From an uncultured delta proteobacterium (GTDB lineage: Bacteria > Desulfobacterota > Binatia > UBA9968): 64,000 bases of DNA. The position numbers and the translations under genes were made by a program. The stretch lies in NCBI GenBank assembly GCA_963728565.1, contig CAVSLC010000028.1, positions 64,001-128,000 on the forward strand, read 5' to 3'. Below the pieces are notes generated by a model. The model did not search any database and was not told the origin of the DNA. It saw nothing but the letters and a program-made list of their open reading frames with translations. This document shows positions 9,342 through 19,051 of this stretch, piece after piece (within the stretch, counting starts at the first letter, position 1; each line of letters opens with the position of its first letter).

Positions 9342-10475
9342 TTAGGGCATCAATGGTTGCAGTGCCTTTCTGATCTTATCGCGTTGCCCGGCGAGCACCT
9401 CCTCGGGACTCCATTCCAGTATTTTGGCTTGGGGCATCGCCTTGAGTGATTTGGCGAGCTGCGATCTTGGATCGACAAACGTGCCCTCGCCGTTGACCCG
9501 TTCGACTATCGGCAAGCCATCCTCGAGAATGAAAGCCAGATAGAGTAGCGCCAGATTGGGGCTCTTGGCGCCTTTGGGGATCGTCAAGCCGATCGAGCCG
9601 AGCGCCATCACGTCTTCAAAGAGCTTGTTTTGTATCGGGTAGCCCTCCTTGCGTAGACCTTCGGTGCCGCCAATGTTTCCGGTGGCCGCGGCGACTTCGC
9701 CCAACGCCACGGCCATGCGCACATCACCGCTGCTTCTCTTGATCAGCGGCTTATTGGCAAGCAGCATTTGCAGCACCTTCTTTTGCTTTTCTATGTCCCA
9801 GTGACCGCCGACGCCCATATCCGTGAGCGGGCTGGCAGGACCAATCGTATTAATGGCAAAATTTCCCTTCCATTTCGGATCGGTAAAACCTTTTCCTTCG
9901 GCAAACTCCTCATACGTCTTCGGCAGGTCATTGGCATTGGTCTTTTTCGTGTTGTAAATGATGCCCGATGCCAACGTGGTCACGTCAACCGAAAACGGCC
10001 GCTTCCACGCGGCCACATTGCGCAGAACTCCTTCGAGACCTTTGAATTTCGGGCTGAATATCTTAACCAGCGGCGTCTCGATATCCTCGAACAGCGCCAG
10101 CCGATCGGGCCGGCCGGCGATATCCGCCGCGCCGGCGTACAACAAATCGGCATCGATGCGGCCGACCCTCGCCTCGGTCAAGAATCTGAGCAAAGAATCC
10201 GGATTGGTCACGGGCGTAAGATGAACCCGCGGCGTGAAACCGAACCGTTTTTTGAACGCCGCTTCGAACTGCTCTCCGACTCCTCTCTCGCCCGGCACTT
10301 CCCACCACAGCCGCAACTCAGCCTCGCGTTTGGCCTTGTCGAGAACCTCTTCATAGGTCTTGCCGAACACTGATTGAGCCAGCACAACTTTTGTTGAAAG
10401 GGAGAGTAGCGCACCAATCAGCGCAAGAAATAACAACGAGACAAACGTTTTACTTGGTCTATCGACCCTGCTCAT
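9342..10475 (-). CDS. ABC transporter substrate-binding protein
   Basis: Signal peptide, KAKREAEL, IIYNTKK..DLPKTYEE..DPKWKG, AKSPNLALLY; AAGGAG RBS. Confidence 0.88.
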   Translation of the reverse strand: MSRVDRPSKTFVSLLFLALIGALLSLSTKVVLAQSVFGKTYEEVLDKAKREAELRLWWEVPGERGVGEQFEAAFKKRFGFTPRVHLTPVTNPDSLLRFLTEARVGRIDADLLYAGAADIAGRPDRLALFEDIETPLVKIFSPKFKGLEGVLRNVAAWKRPFSVDVTTLASGIIYNTKKTNANDLPKTYEEFAEGKGFTDPKWKGNFAINTIGPASPLTDMGVGGHWDIEKQKKVLQMLLANKPLIKRSSGDVRMAVALGEVAAATGNIGGTEGLRKEGYPIQNKLFEDVMALGSIGLTIPKGAKSPNLALLYLAFILEDGLPIVERVNGEGTFVDPRSQLAKSLKAMPQAKILEWSPEEVLAGQRDKIRKALQPLMP

Positions 10476-10514
10476 GTCAAACTCCTTTCGAATTTTTAGC
10501 CGCACCGGCTATCT

Positions 10515-12239
10515 TTAGAGATCTTCCCAGCCGGCTTTTTTTCTTTGTCGTTTGTCGAAGTAGCGCGCGACCATGGTAACCAGAAAGAATCCGCACATAT
10601 AAAGCGTTCCTAGCGCCGCGGTACCGGATATATCAGGAACGTTCCACAAAACCCACATGGCCGACGGTAGAATCATGTTGCGCCCGGTCATCAGAAAAAT
10701 CGCGAAAGTAAAATCGCGCAAAGTCGCGGAAAACGCCCAGAGCCAACCGTTTAGCAACGCCGGGAAGAGCAGCGGCAGTGTCACCGTCCGCACGGCGCGG
10801 ACGGTGGTCGCGCCGGTGACTCTCGCGGCTTCCTCGAGTTCCTTGTGTTGCTGCAAAAGAGCGGCGCTGAGAACGCGGGTGGTAAACGGCAGATGAGCAA
10901 CGATATGCGCCATAATTAAAACCCAGATACTGCCGTGAATCGGCGTCATGACGTAAGTCAAAAATACCGCCAGGGCCAGCACTACGTTGGGAATCCCCAT
11001 GGGCGTCATGGCGAATACTTCCACCCAGCGCATTTTGCGCTTGACCGAGAACCAACTGGCACAAAAAGCAATAAGCACCGACACTGTCGGGGCGATAACA
11101 ACAAGGATCAGCGTATTGACCGCGCTCTGCCGCACTTGAGGATTCGTCAGTGTTCGAAAATAGCTCTGCAAGCTGATCTGGCTCAGCGCTTCGAGCGAAG
11201 GCGGCTGATAAACTTTGACAAGGCTGGCCCACATCAGGATGAAAATCGGCAAAGCATAAGAAACAATCACCAGCATAACGAATCCCAAGGCGATATATTT
11301 CCAGGGACCCAACTTGAGCTGGCGCGGGCGAAAAGACTTGCCCGTAACCACGCTAAACCTGTCCTGTTGGCGCGTTAGCCAAAAATAAAGAAGCATCAGC
11401 AACAGCGCCAGCAGCAGCAAAACCACACCGAAGGCCGCGGCCAAACCGTACATCGGTAAACCGTCTTCCGCTTTGGTGAGCAGATAGATGTGAACGCTCA
11501 GCACTCGTATGCCACCAGGCACTCCGATGGCAAGCGCCGTCTCCATAACCTGTACGAGAACCATTCCGAAATAGATCAGCGCCGACAAAATACCCGGCAG
11601 CAGCAGCGGCAGAGTAATCTTGCGCAAAACCGTAAGGCGGCGGCTGCCGGCAGTCTGCGCCGCCTCCTCGAACTCCGGATTCATCTGTCTGAACACCGGG
11701 CTGAGCATCAAAAATGCGTTATTGCTGAGACCGATGCCGGTGACAAAGATCATCGCCGGCATCGTATAGATGTTCAGTGGACCGCTGGGAGCTTGAAGAC
11801 CGAGCCCGCTGCGCAGAAGATGATTGATCCAGCCAAGGCCGGGCGACAGCAGGAGTACCCAACCAAAAGCTTTCAACATGGTGGGCACCGCAAGCGATAC
11901 CAGCATCGCGGTGTAGATTACCGAGCGAAACGGAATATCGGTCCGCTCAACCAGAAACGCAATCGTCGCACCCAAGCTCAGAGATAAGATAAGCGCGCCG
12001 CCGCCATAGATCGCAGTATTAACCAAGACCTGAAACATTCGCGGACTTGAGAAAATCGCCCCGAAGTTGTCCAGCGAAACGCCAGGATCCAGAGGCAGCG
12101 CCGTCGGCGGTCGAAGACTCGTAATGAATAAAATAATAAGTGGCGCACCAAGCAGCACAAGCACGATAGCCGCTATCACTGCCGTGAGCAGACGCCCCTG
12201 CGTTCTTGAAGCTCCTCTGCTTTGCACAAATGCGTTCAT
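10515..12239 (-). CDS. ABC transporter permease (FbpB-type, duplicated BPD_transp_1)
   Basis: Two EAA motifs (EEAAQTAG, EEAARVTGA); about 12 TM segments. Confidence 0.92.
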   Translation of the reverse strand: MNAFVQSRGASRTQGRLLTAVIAAIVLVLLGAPLIILFITSLRPPTALPLDPGVSLDNFGAIFSSPRMFQVLVNTAIYGGGALILSLSLGATIAFLVERTDIPFRSVIYTAMLVSLAVPTMLKAFGWVLLLSPGLGWINHLLRSGLGLQAPSGPLNIYTMPAMIFVTGIGLSNNAFLMLSPVFRQMNPEFEEAAQTAGSRRLTVLRKITLPLLLPGILSALIYFGMVLVQVMETALAIGVPGGIRVLSVHIYLLTKAEDGLPMYGLAAAFGVVLLLLALLLMLLYFWLTRQQDRFSVVTGKSFRPRQLKLGPWKYIALGFVMLVIVSYALPIFILMWASLVKVYQPPSLEALSQISLQSYFRTLTNPQVRQSAVNTLILVVIAPTVSVLIAFCASWFSVKRKMRWVEVFAMTPMGIPNVVLALAVFLTYVMTPIHGSIWVLIMAHIVAHLPFTTRVLSAALLQQHKELEEAARVTGATTVRAVRTVTLPLLFPALLNGWLWAFSATLRDFTFAIFLMTGRNMILPSAMWVLWNVPDISGTAALGTLYMCGFFLVTMVARYFDKRQRKKAGWEDL

Positions 12240-12513
12240 GTATTTGTTCTGATCACCTCAGGCGATATCAGTCTTTATCGCTTTTGAAAATAGTTACGGA
12301 GAATCATGACTAACCGGCTGAAGTTCCTATCAAGGAAGTAGAGAGAAACATATCGATCTCCCTTGCGTTCGATTAGCGCTGTTAATGATGGTTAATGATC
12401 GGAACGAATGACTTACGGGAACATAAACATGAAAAGAGTTGTTAGTGACTCCTGGGAACGCTTTCGTTCGATGATTGATTTTCGCTGAACCCTTGATCGC
12501 TCGCAGCAATTCC

Positions 12514-13062
12514 CTACAGCGGCAGAACCGGCCGGCCAGGCGGCGTTTCCACCTCGAAAGCGTTGAGCGAGCACGCAAGCCCCACATAGGCGCCGAGGAT
12601 GCCGGTCAACTCGACTAATCGATGAACACCGAGACGCGCTTTTAGCGCATCGAACGTCGCGGGCGTTATCCGGTGCGGCGGCCGGAGAAGCTCCTGGACA
12701 TAACGCACCACCTCCGCCTCGAGTTCACTGAGTCCGGCCGGCGCCTTGCGATTCTGAATGATCTTGATGCATTCTTGCCGGACTCCGGCTTTGAGCGCAT
12801 CATCCGCATGCGCCGCCCACTCGAACGCGCAGTCCATCTCCCGGGCCACGGTACAGATCGCCAGCTCCTTTACATCCTGGGGAAAATCCGTGCTGAAAAG
12901 CGCATAGCCGATCAGGTGTGCGGTGCGCGCCGCCAGGTCGGGAGCATGAAGGAGGAAATTATAGGGAGCGCCGATGCGCTTTCGGCTGGCGATAATCGAA
13001 TCGTAGAATTCCCGCTGGTGTTGCGGAAGTTCCTCTCGGTGGGTGATCTCGGGTACTCTCAC
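12514..13062 (-). CDS. Carboxymuconolactone decarboxylase/AhpD-like family protein
   Basis: KELAICTVAREMDCAFEWAAH..ALKAGV; GTG start with GAGGAGG RBS. Confidence 0.85.
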   Translation of the reverse strand: MRVPEITHREELPQHQREFYDSIIASRKRIGAPYNFLLHAPDLAARTAHLIGYALFSTDFPQDVKELAICTVAREMDCAFEWAAHADDALKAGVRQECIKIIQNRKAPAGLSELEAEVVRYVQELLRPPHRITPATFDALKARLGVHRLVELTGILGAYVGLACSLNAFEVETPPGRPVLPL

Positions 13063-13191
13063 GATTGCCTCCTCTAATAAGCACACCTGGACGCTAAACT
13101 TGTTCTTCTTTTTCTTGGCGCCTTTGCGCCTTGGCGGGCGACACTTCCGAACTGCGTGTAATTCGTCCCTTCGTGGTGAGTCCCGCATTAC

Positions 13192-14397
13192 CTAGGTCAG
13201 CAACTCGATCGCCGTCGCGGCGTAAATCTTCGCCGCATCGCGAACGTCTTGTAGCGGGACGGCCTCTTGATCGGTGTGCGCAAAGCGCAAATCGCCGGGA
13301 CCGAACATAATCGTTTCGATGCCATTGCGATTGAGAAATCCGGCGTCGAGAGCGGCGGGCGAATAAAACAATTCGGATTGCTTCTTGGTCAACTCGCGAC
13401 TGGCGCGATCGATTGCCGCCACGATGGCGGCGTCCCGGGCGACCTCGGCGGGATACATGAAAGCGCCGCGCGTGACCGCGATGGACCAGCCGCGCAAATC
13501 CCGGAGCGCTTCTTGAATTTCTCGAAACGCCGCATCCGGATCCTCACCGGGTAACAGCCTGCGATCGAGCACGGCGCGGCAAACATCCGGGATCGTATGG
13601 CTTATGTCCGGTCCGCTTGTGACTTGTGTCACCGTCAAGGTCGCGTTGCCGAGACCATGATGAGCGGCCTTGAGCGGCAGTCGATCCAACCGTTCCATCA
13701 CCCGGCGAAATCCGTCCACGGCGTTGATGCCTCGTTCGGGCATGCTGCTGTGGGCCGACTTGCCGCGCACGATGATTTCGACATCGATCCGGCCCTTGTT
13801 GCCGAGGCAGATTCGATTGCCGGTTCCCAGACCGATGATGGCCGAGTGTGCGCTGACGGTATCATTTTCTAAAATAAATCTTGCCGCGTCGTGACGGCCG
13901 GTCTCGCCCGCCAAGCTCACCGCCATAATTAGCGGCGCGCGCAAGTTTAATTGGGCCCGCGCTACAATTGCCGCGGCGTAGATCATTGCCGCCAGCGCTC
14001 CTTTTTGTTCGCATGCGCCGCGGCCGAGAGCGCACTGCGCCGCAGCGCCGAACGCCTCACCGTCTACGACCGCGCCGGAGAACGGTTGTTTCATCGAAGC
14101 GGCCGGAAAGGTCATGGCGTAGCCCATCAGCAGCAATCCCGCGCCGATTTCATCGCTGGCGCCGCCCAGGCGCCAGATCAAGTTGCCCATGGCGTCGATG
14201 GCGCCGGCGCTTCCGGTCAACTCCGCCAAACGCGGCCCAATCATTTCCGCGATGAACGCTTTTAGCTGAGGGTCGGCTTCGAGCCGTTCGGTCTGCACTG
14301 AGGGATAACGCAGCAGTTCGACAAGCAGCCGGTCGATCTCTGGGTCATCGGCAACTTGATCCAAGGCAGTGAATGCGTGCGCGGAAGTCATCATCAT
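13192..14397 (-). CDS. M20 (ArgE/DapE-like) family protein with atypical metal site
   Basis: GRGACEQKG, GKSAHSSMPERGINA, DRRLLPGE, FGPGD..AHTDQE. Confidence 0.85.
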   Translation of the reverse strand: MMMTSAHAFTALDQVADDPEIDRLLVELLRYPSVQTERLEADPQLKAFIAEMIGPRLAELTGSAGAIDAMGNLIWRLGGASDEIGAGLLLMGYAMTFPAASMKQPFSGAVVDGEAFGAAAQCALGRGACEQKGALAAMIYAAAIVARAQLNLRAPLIMAVSLAGETGRHDAARFILENDTVSAHSAIIGLGTGNRICLGNKGRIDVEIIVRGKSAHSSMPERGINAVDGFRRVMERLDRLPLKAAHHGLGNATLTVTQVTSGPDISHTIPDVCRAVLDRRLLPGEDPDAAFREIQEALRDLRGWSIAVTRGAFMYPAEVARDAAIVAAIDRASRELTKKQSELFYSPAALDAGFLNRNGIETIMFGPGDLRFAHTDQEAVPLQDVRDAAKIYAATAIELLT

Positions 14398-14416
14398 CGG
14401 CGCCTGCAGCGCGCCG

Positions 14417-15589
14417 TCACCAGGCTTGCTCTAGCACTTCGAGAACCTGTTCCGCGGCGGTTACCGGTTTGGGATTGGTGTGAATGCTGTAATCATCCAA
14501 AGCATCGCGGGCGAGCTGTGTGAGACCCTCGCGCGGCACTCCCAGCTCACGCAGTCGCAGCGGCAGCCCCATCCTTCGGTTCATGGCAAAAACATGCTCA
14601 GGAACGGCCGCCGCAAGAGCGTTTTCATCTGCGCCTTCGATACCGATCTCGCGCGCCATCCGCGCATGCGCTTCCACCGTAGCGTCGAGATTCCAGCGCA
14701 TAGCGTAGGGCAGCATTAGAGCATGAATCTCGGCGTGCGGCGCTTTATAGCGGCCGCCGATCACGTGAACGATCGCATGATGAATGCCGGTCCAAGCGCT
14801 GTAAACCCCCATGCCGGAAAGACAGGCTGCCACCTGAACGTGACTCAACGCTTCGAGCTCCCGGGAATTTTCCACGGCGCGCGGCAGGTAACGCGCGATC
14901 AGCCCAATACCCCTGAGACAATAGGCGTCGGTGAGCGGCTGGGTTTCGGTTGAGTACACCGCCTCGACACAATGGGCCAATGCATTCATTCCCGAGGCCG
15001 CGAGCAATCTTGACGGCGCGGTCGCCGCTGCCTCGGGATCGAGAATTACCACGCGCGGGGCAAGTTTAGGGTCGGCGACGATATACTTCTTGCCGCCCTC
15101 GCTGATACCTGCCGAGTAACTGTACTCTCCGCCGGAGAGTGTCGTCGGGATCGCGATATGCGGCAGCTTCGGCGCCGGCATGGGCGGTACTTGTTTCTGG
15201 TTAGGCGGCGTAAAGCGCACGCCCAAGCGCGGCAAAGAGCCGCCTTCGGCCAGCAAAGCCGCGACCCCCTTGGCGCTATCGATGGCGCTTCCGCCACCCG
15301 CACTGACCAGCACATCGATGCCCGCTTCGCGCGCGCTCTCGACGGCTTTGGCAATCGACTCCGTCGGCGAATGCGGTTTGACCTGATCGAAAACCGTGAC
15401 GCATTTCGCTCCGAGTCCGCACTTGATGCGATCGAGCAAGAACGTTTTAGCGACCGACGGCGAGATCACGAGCATCGCGCGCGTTCCGCCAAGCCCGTCG
15501 ATCTCACCGGATAATTTTTCAATCGATCCCGGCCCGGAAACGATGCGCTCGACCCGCGGATTGTTAAAAATAAAAGTTGAAGCCGCCAT
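14417..15589 (-). CDS. Iron-containing alcohol dehydrogenase / maleylacetate reductase-like
   Basis: GGGSAIDSAK, IPTTLSGGE, NALAHCVEA, HHAIVH, PHA. Confidence 0.9.
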   Translation of the reverse strand: MAASTFIFNNPRVERIVSGPGSIEKLSGEIDGLGGTRAMLVISPSVAKTFLLDRIKCGLGAKCVTVFDQVKPHSPTESIAKAVESAREAGIDVLVSAGGGSAIDSAKGVAALLAEGGSLPRLGVRFTPPNQKQVPPMPAPKLPHIAIPTTLSGGEYSYSAGISEGGKKYIVADPKLAPRVVILDPEAAATAPSRLLAASGMNALAHCVEAVYSTETQPLTDAYCLRGIGLIARYLPRAVENSRELEALSHVQVAACLSGMGVYSAWTGIHHAIVHVIGGRYKAPHAEIHALMLPYAMRWNLDATVEAHARMAREIGIEGADENALAAAVPEHVFAMNRRMGLPLRLRELGVPREGLTQLARDALDDYSIHTNPKPVTAAEQVLEVLEQAW

Positions 15590-15598
15590 TTTGCCCGC

Positions 15599-16657
15599 CT
15601 ATTTCAGAATTTCTTTAAGCCGCGCGATCAGAGGAGGGTCAAGACGAAGAAGCTCTTTGACGTTGCGCTCGAGATCTTCGCCCGATCCCGGATTGATTTC
15701 CAAATTGGCTTTGGCCGCCTCCTTGAGCAATTCCGGATCTTTGACAGTCTCCATAAAAGCGGTGCGCAGGATCTCCACCCGATCCTTCGGCGTCCCTGGA
15801 GGCAACACGTAAGGACGCACCGCGGCGCCATGAGCTTGGGCCACTGCTTGCATCAGTTTTCGCGCCTCGTCTGTCTTGGCGATATTCATAGTCAAAGGCA
15901 CCTTAGGAAGATCCGGATGAGGTTTGGCACTGACCTGAAGCACAATGATCACCTCGCCGTTATCGAGCTCTTTCCTCCACGTCGAGCGAAACGACTGCCA
16001 CGAATTGCTCAGGCCGCCGACCTCGTCGCTGTTGAATGCCAAGCGAATCGGGGCGGTCCCTTTATAACCCGAAACCACCTGGATCGGCAGGCCGAGAGCG
16101 ACTTCGGCAACCTTGGGAATATCATAAGTGCCGTCACCTGCCGCTATCGCGCCGAACTTGACCGCTGTCTTCGATGCCAACCATTGCTCGAGGTTGGTGA
16201 TGCCCGTGGTCTTGGCTACGCCAAAGACAAAATTGTCCTGAGCAGGCACCCCGACGTATTCGAATTTGAGCGCATCGAATTCAATGCCGGGCTTGCCGAG
16301 GAGCTGTTGAAGAAATTGTCCGCCAACGAAATGGCCGATGGTGAGACCGTCGGGTTTGGCCACCTTGAAGAGATGATTCGCCGAAACCAATCCGCCCGCT
16401 CCCGGCATGTTGTCAACGATGATGGCAGGTTTGCCGGGAATATGATTGCTGAAATGGCGCGCGATAAGACGTGTGTAGGTATCGTACCCGCCACCTGGCG
16501 AGGTTCCAACGATGATCCGGATTGTTTTTCCCTCATAGAACGGCGCCGCGCCATGAACGCGCTGGTCATTGACACCCAACGCAATCAACAGAACAGCGCA
16601 AGCGGTCGTTAAACCCCGAAACCTCACCGGCAAACGTCTCAGAATTCTGACTGGCAT
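15599..16657 (-). CDS. Bug/TctC-family substrate-binding protein
   Basis: FYEGKTIRIIVGTSPGGGYD..NMPGAGG..KPDGLT..GYKG. Confidence 0.92.
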   Translation of the reverse strand: MPVRILRRLPVRFRGLTTACAVLLIALGVNDQRVHGAAPFYEGKTIRIIVGTSPGGGYDTYTRLIARHFSNHIPGKPAIIVDNMPGAGGLVSANHLFKVAKPDGLTIGHFVGGQFLQQLLGKPGIEFDALKFEYVGVPAQDNFVFGVAKTTGITNLEQWLASKTAVKFGAIAAGDGTYDIPKVAEVALGLPIQVVSGYKGTAPIRLAFNSDEVGGLSNSWQSFRSTWRKELDNGEVIIVLQVSAKPHPDLPKVPLTMNIAKTDEARKLMQAVAQAHGAAVRPYVLPPGTPKDRVEILRTAFMETVKDPELLKEAAKANLEINPGSGEDLERNVKELLRLDPPLIARLKEILK

Positions 16658-16955
16658 TTTTTCATTGCTCCTTTCACAATGTTTTATCGACAGAACAACG
16701 AGCTGCTGCGACATAGCCGTGATCACAAACGACCGGATTGTCGAGCAACCGACAACGACCCAACTCTCGTTAGCACTTGCCGTACATTCCGCCGTCTACG
16801 ACGAGCCGCTCGTGGTGTCAAGGGATACCTTCACGTCTCAGAAGGAATCTTAGTCAGGCGTCAACCAAAGGAGCTACCCTGAATGGTGATCTCTTGCTAG
16901 GGCGATAGCTGATTTGGTAACAATCTCGAAGCATTTTCGCGGGGAGTGACGAAGC

Positions 16956-17693
16956 ATGAAACTCGCTGAACTTCACTGGCCGGAAGTGGAAAAGCTCGAC
17001 AGAGAAAAAATAGTCGCCGTGATTCCAGTGGGGTCGATGGAGCAGCATGGCCCGCACCTGCCCTTTCAGGTCGATGTTTTTTGCGCGTCGCGCCTGGCCG
17101 AGGATCTCGAGCAGAAAATCCCTGACGTCCTGCTGGTGCCGTCGCTTTGGGCCGGTGTTTCGGCGCACCATATGGATTTTCCGGGCTCCATCACTTTGCG
17201 CGCCAGAGTCTTCATCGACGTTTTACATGACATCTGCGGTTCGCTACATCATCATGGCTTCCGCCGAATCGTGCTGTTAAACGGCCACGGCGGCAATCGC
17301 TCTAGCCTGGAAGTATTGGGACAAGAACTCTTCGTCGAGTTCGGCTTGACCGTGAACACATTGGCTTATTGGGACTTGGTGCCGGATCTCGTCAAGTCGC
17401 TCAAGAAAACCAAATCGAGCGGCATGGGCCATTCGGGCGAGCTCGAAACATCGCTGATGCTTTACCTCGCGCCCAAGTTGGTCAATCGGCAAGCTATCCC
17501 GCAGGGAGTTCTCGGCATCGAACCGGCCGGCCCCACGAGCGGGATCAAACGTTACGTCAATATGAAGGAGCATTCGGCGCAAGGTGTGATCGGCATGCCG
17601 TCGGCGGCCAGTCCGGAGATCGGCAAGGAGCTATACGAGGGCGCGCTCAACGCGCTCGAAAAAGCGCTTCGCGCCCTCCAGGCAGACCATTGA
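16956..17693 (+). CDS. Creatininase / creatinine amidohydrolase family (MftE-like)
   Basis: GSMEQHGPHLP..D, HHMDFPG, NGHGGN, GHSGELETS. Confidence 0.92.
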   Translation: MKLAELHWPEVEKLDREKIVAVIPVGSMEQHGPHLPFQVDVFCASRLAEDLEQKIPDVLLVPSLWAGVSAHHMDFPGSITLRARVFIDVLHDICGSLHHHGFRRIVLLNGHGGNRSSLEVLGQELFVEFGLTVNTLAYWDLVPDLVKSLKKTKSSGMGHSGELETSLMLYLAPKLVNRQAIPQGVLGIEPAGPTSGIKRYVNMKEHSAQGVIGMPSAASPEIGKELYEGALNALEKALRALQADH

Positions 17694-17713
17694 TTTGTGA
17701 GCGCATCGCCGTT

Positions 17714-17935
17714 TCAATTCTTTAAAAACTCGGCGTATTTTTCACCGAGCTGCTTGTAAACGCTTTCGCTGCGCTGGATCTCTTCGACCAATTTGATTTT
17801 ATCGGCGTCTTTCAACGGCGGATGAACTCCCCGTAAATTGAACTCGCATCCTTGGCGAGCGCTTCCATGCTCTCTCGGCTGTACCAATGGCCGATCGATA
17901 ATTTGGCCGACGCGATTCTTTGGCCGAAATAGCGC
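17714..17935 (-). pseudogene. 3' remnant of an ABC solute-binding protein gene
   Basis: Frame-broken ..WYSRESMEALAKD..LRGVHPPLKDADKIKLVEE..KQLGEKYAEFLKN* resembles the C-terminus of 3688-4071. Confidence 0.65.
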
Positions 17936-17953
17936 CGTGTTTTTTGCGGCGTT

Positions 17954-19027
17954 CTATTTGACCCTTAATATCTTTTTTACCTGATTTACCACCTCGGCTG
18001 GCTGCACCATGATGCGCTCGGCTAAGCTCTGTAGCTCTTCGCCTGAAACCGGCTCAATCACCCAGCCGCCTTTCTGTGCCTCGGCAATGAGCTCGGGATC
18101 GCCGAGCGCTTTCGCATAGGCGTCGCGGAGTATTTTCACTCGATCCATAGGCGTACCTGGAGGAGCCATCATCGGGTGACCGAAGCCCTCTCCCGCCGCC
18201 AAAACCTCCATAGCTCGGCGGTTGACCTCCGGAGTTTTGTACCGATCCATCAGCTCGAATATCGTCGGCGTCTCTGCGGCGCGCGGATCGCGCTTGCGGC
18301 CGGTCTGCAGCAAGTGGCGGTCGAATCCTTTTGCGTGCCACGAAAGAAACGGCTCTCTGCTAAAGTGGGCTGTCAGTCCAAGATCCCGGCAGACGACTTC
18401 GCCCCTAACAACAGCCAGATCAACCTCGTTGGCGCCCTGATAACCCAAGACCAATTCGAACTTTGCGCCCAACGCTTCTTCCAAAGCGACAATCAGGCTC
18501 GAGCTTTCCCAGCCGGTGCCGCCGCACTTGGGCGGAACCTTGCTTTTGATGACATCGTCAATGGTCTTATATGGAGTGTCCGCCCTGATATAGAGAATCG
18601 CGGGGTTTCGGTCGGGAGAACCGAGCCAGAGAAATCTCCGCATCTGAAATTTGACTTCGTCGTTGCCGACGAATTCGCCCATGTAGATTTGCTGCGTCGG
18701 CATGCCGACTGTGAGACCGTCGGGCTGGGCAAGATTATAAACGTAGTTGGTTGCGATTACCGATCCCGCGCCCGGCATCGCCTGGACCACGAAACTCGGA
18801 TTGCCCAGGATGTATTTCGGCATATAGCGCGCGAGAAGCCGCGCCCAATAGTCATAACCTCCCGAAGGACCTACGATCACTCTGACCGTTTTACCTTCAT
18901 AGAAGGGTTTGCTTTGGGCATGGACGGCGACGGGATTCATAACCTCCAAGTTCGCTACGGGTCCCAACCGCGTTGAGGTGCAGAGCCAAAGAAGCAAAGA
19001 TAGCAAGACGAATGACTTCGATTTCAC
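17954..19027 (-). CDS. Bug/TctC-family substrate-binding protein
   Basis: FYEGKTVRVIVG..GGYD..MPGAGS..PDGLT..GYQG. Confidence 0.92.
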   Translation of the reverse strand: MKSKSFVLLSLLLWLCTSTRLGPVANLEVMNPVAVHAQSKPFYEGKTVRVIVGPSGGYDYWARLLARYMPKYILGNPSFVVQAMPGAGSVIATNYVYNLAQPDGLTVGMPTQQIYMGEFVGNDEVKFQMRRFLWLGSPDRNPAILYIRADTPYKTIDDVIKSKVPPKCGGTGWESSSLIVALEEALGAKFELVLGYQGANEVDLAVVRGEVVCRDLGLTAHFSREPFLSWHAKGFDRHLLQTGRKRDPRAAETPTIFELMDRYKTPEVNRRAMEVLAAGEGFGHPMMAPPGTPMDRVKILRDAYAKALGDPELIAEAQKGGWVIEPVSGEELQSLAERIMVQPAEVVNQVKKILRVK

Positions 19028-19051
19028 CAGGCACCTACTCTCGTTGTAAAG

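Noticed and set aside
13063-13188. Lys/Arg-rich N-terminal extension of the CMD protein
   Set aside because: A strong RBS precedes GTG 13062, so the extension is probably not translated as part of it
16956-17693. Mycofactocin cluster (mftE)
   Set aside because: No mftA/B/C/D/F nearby; generic creatininase family
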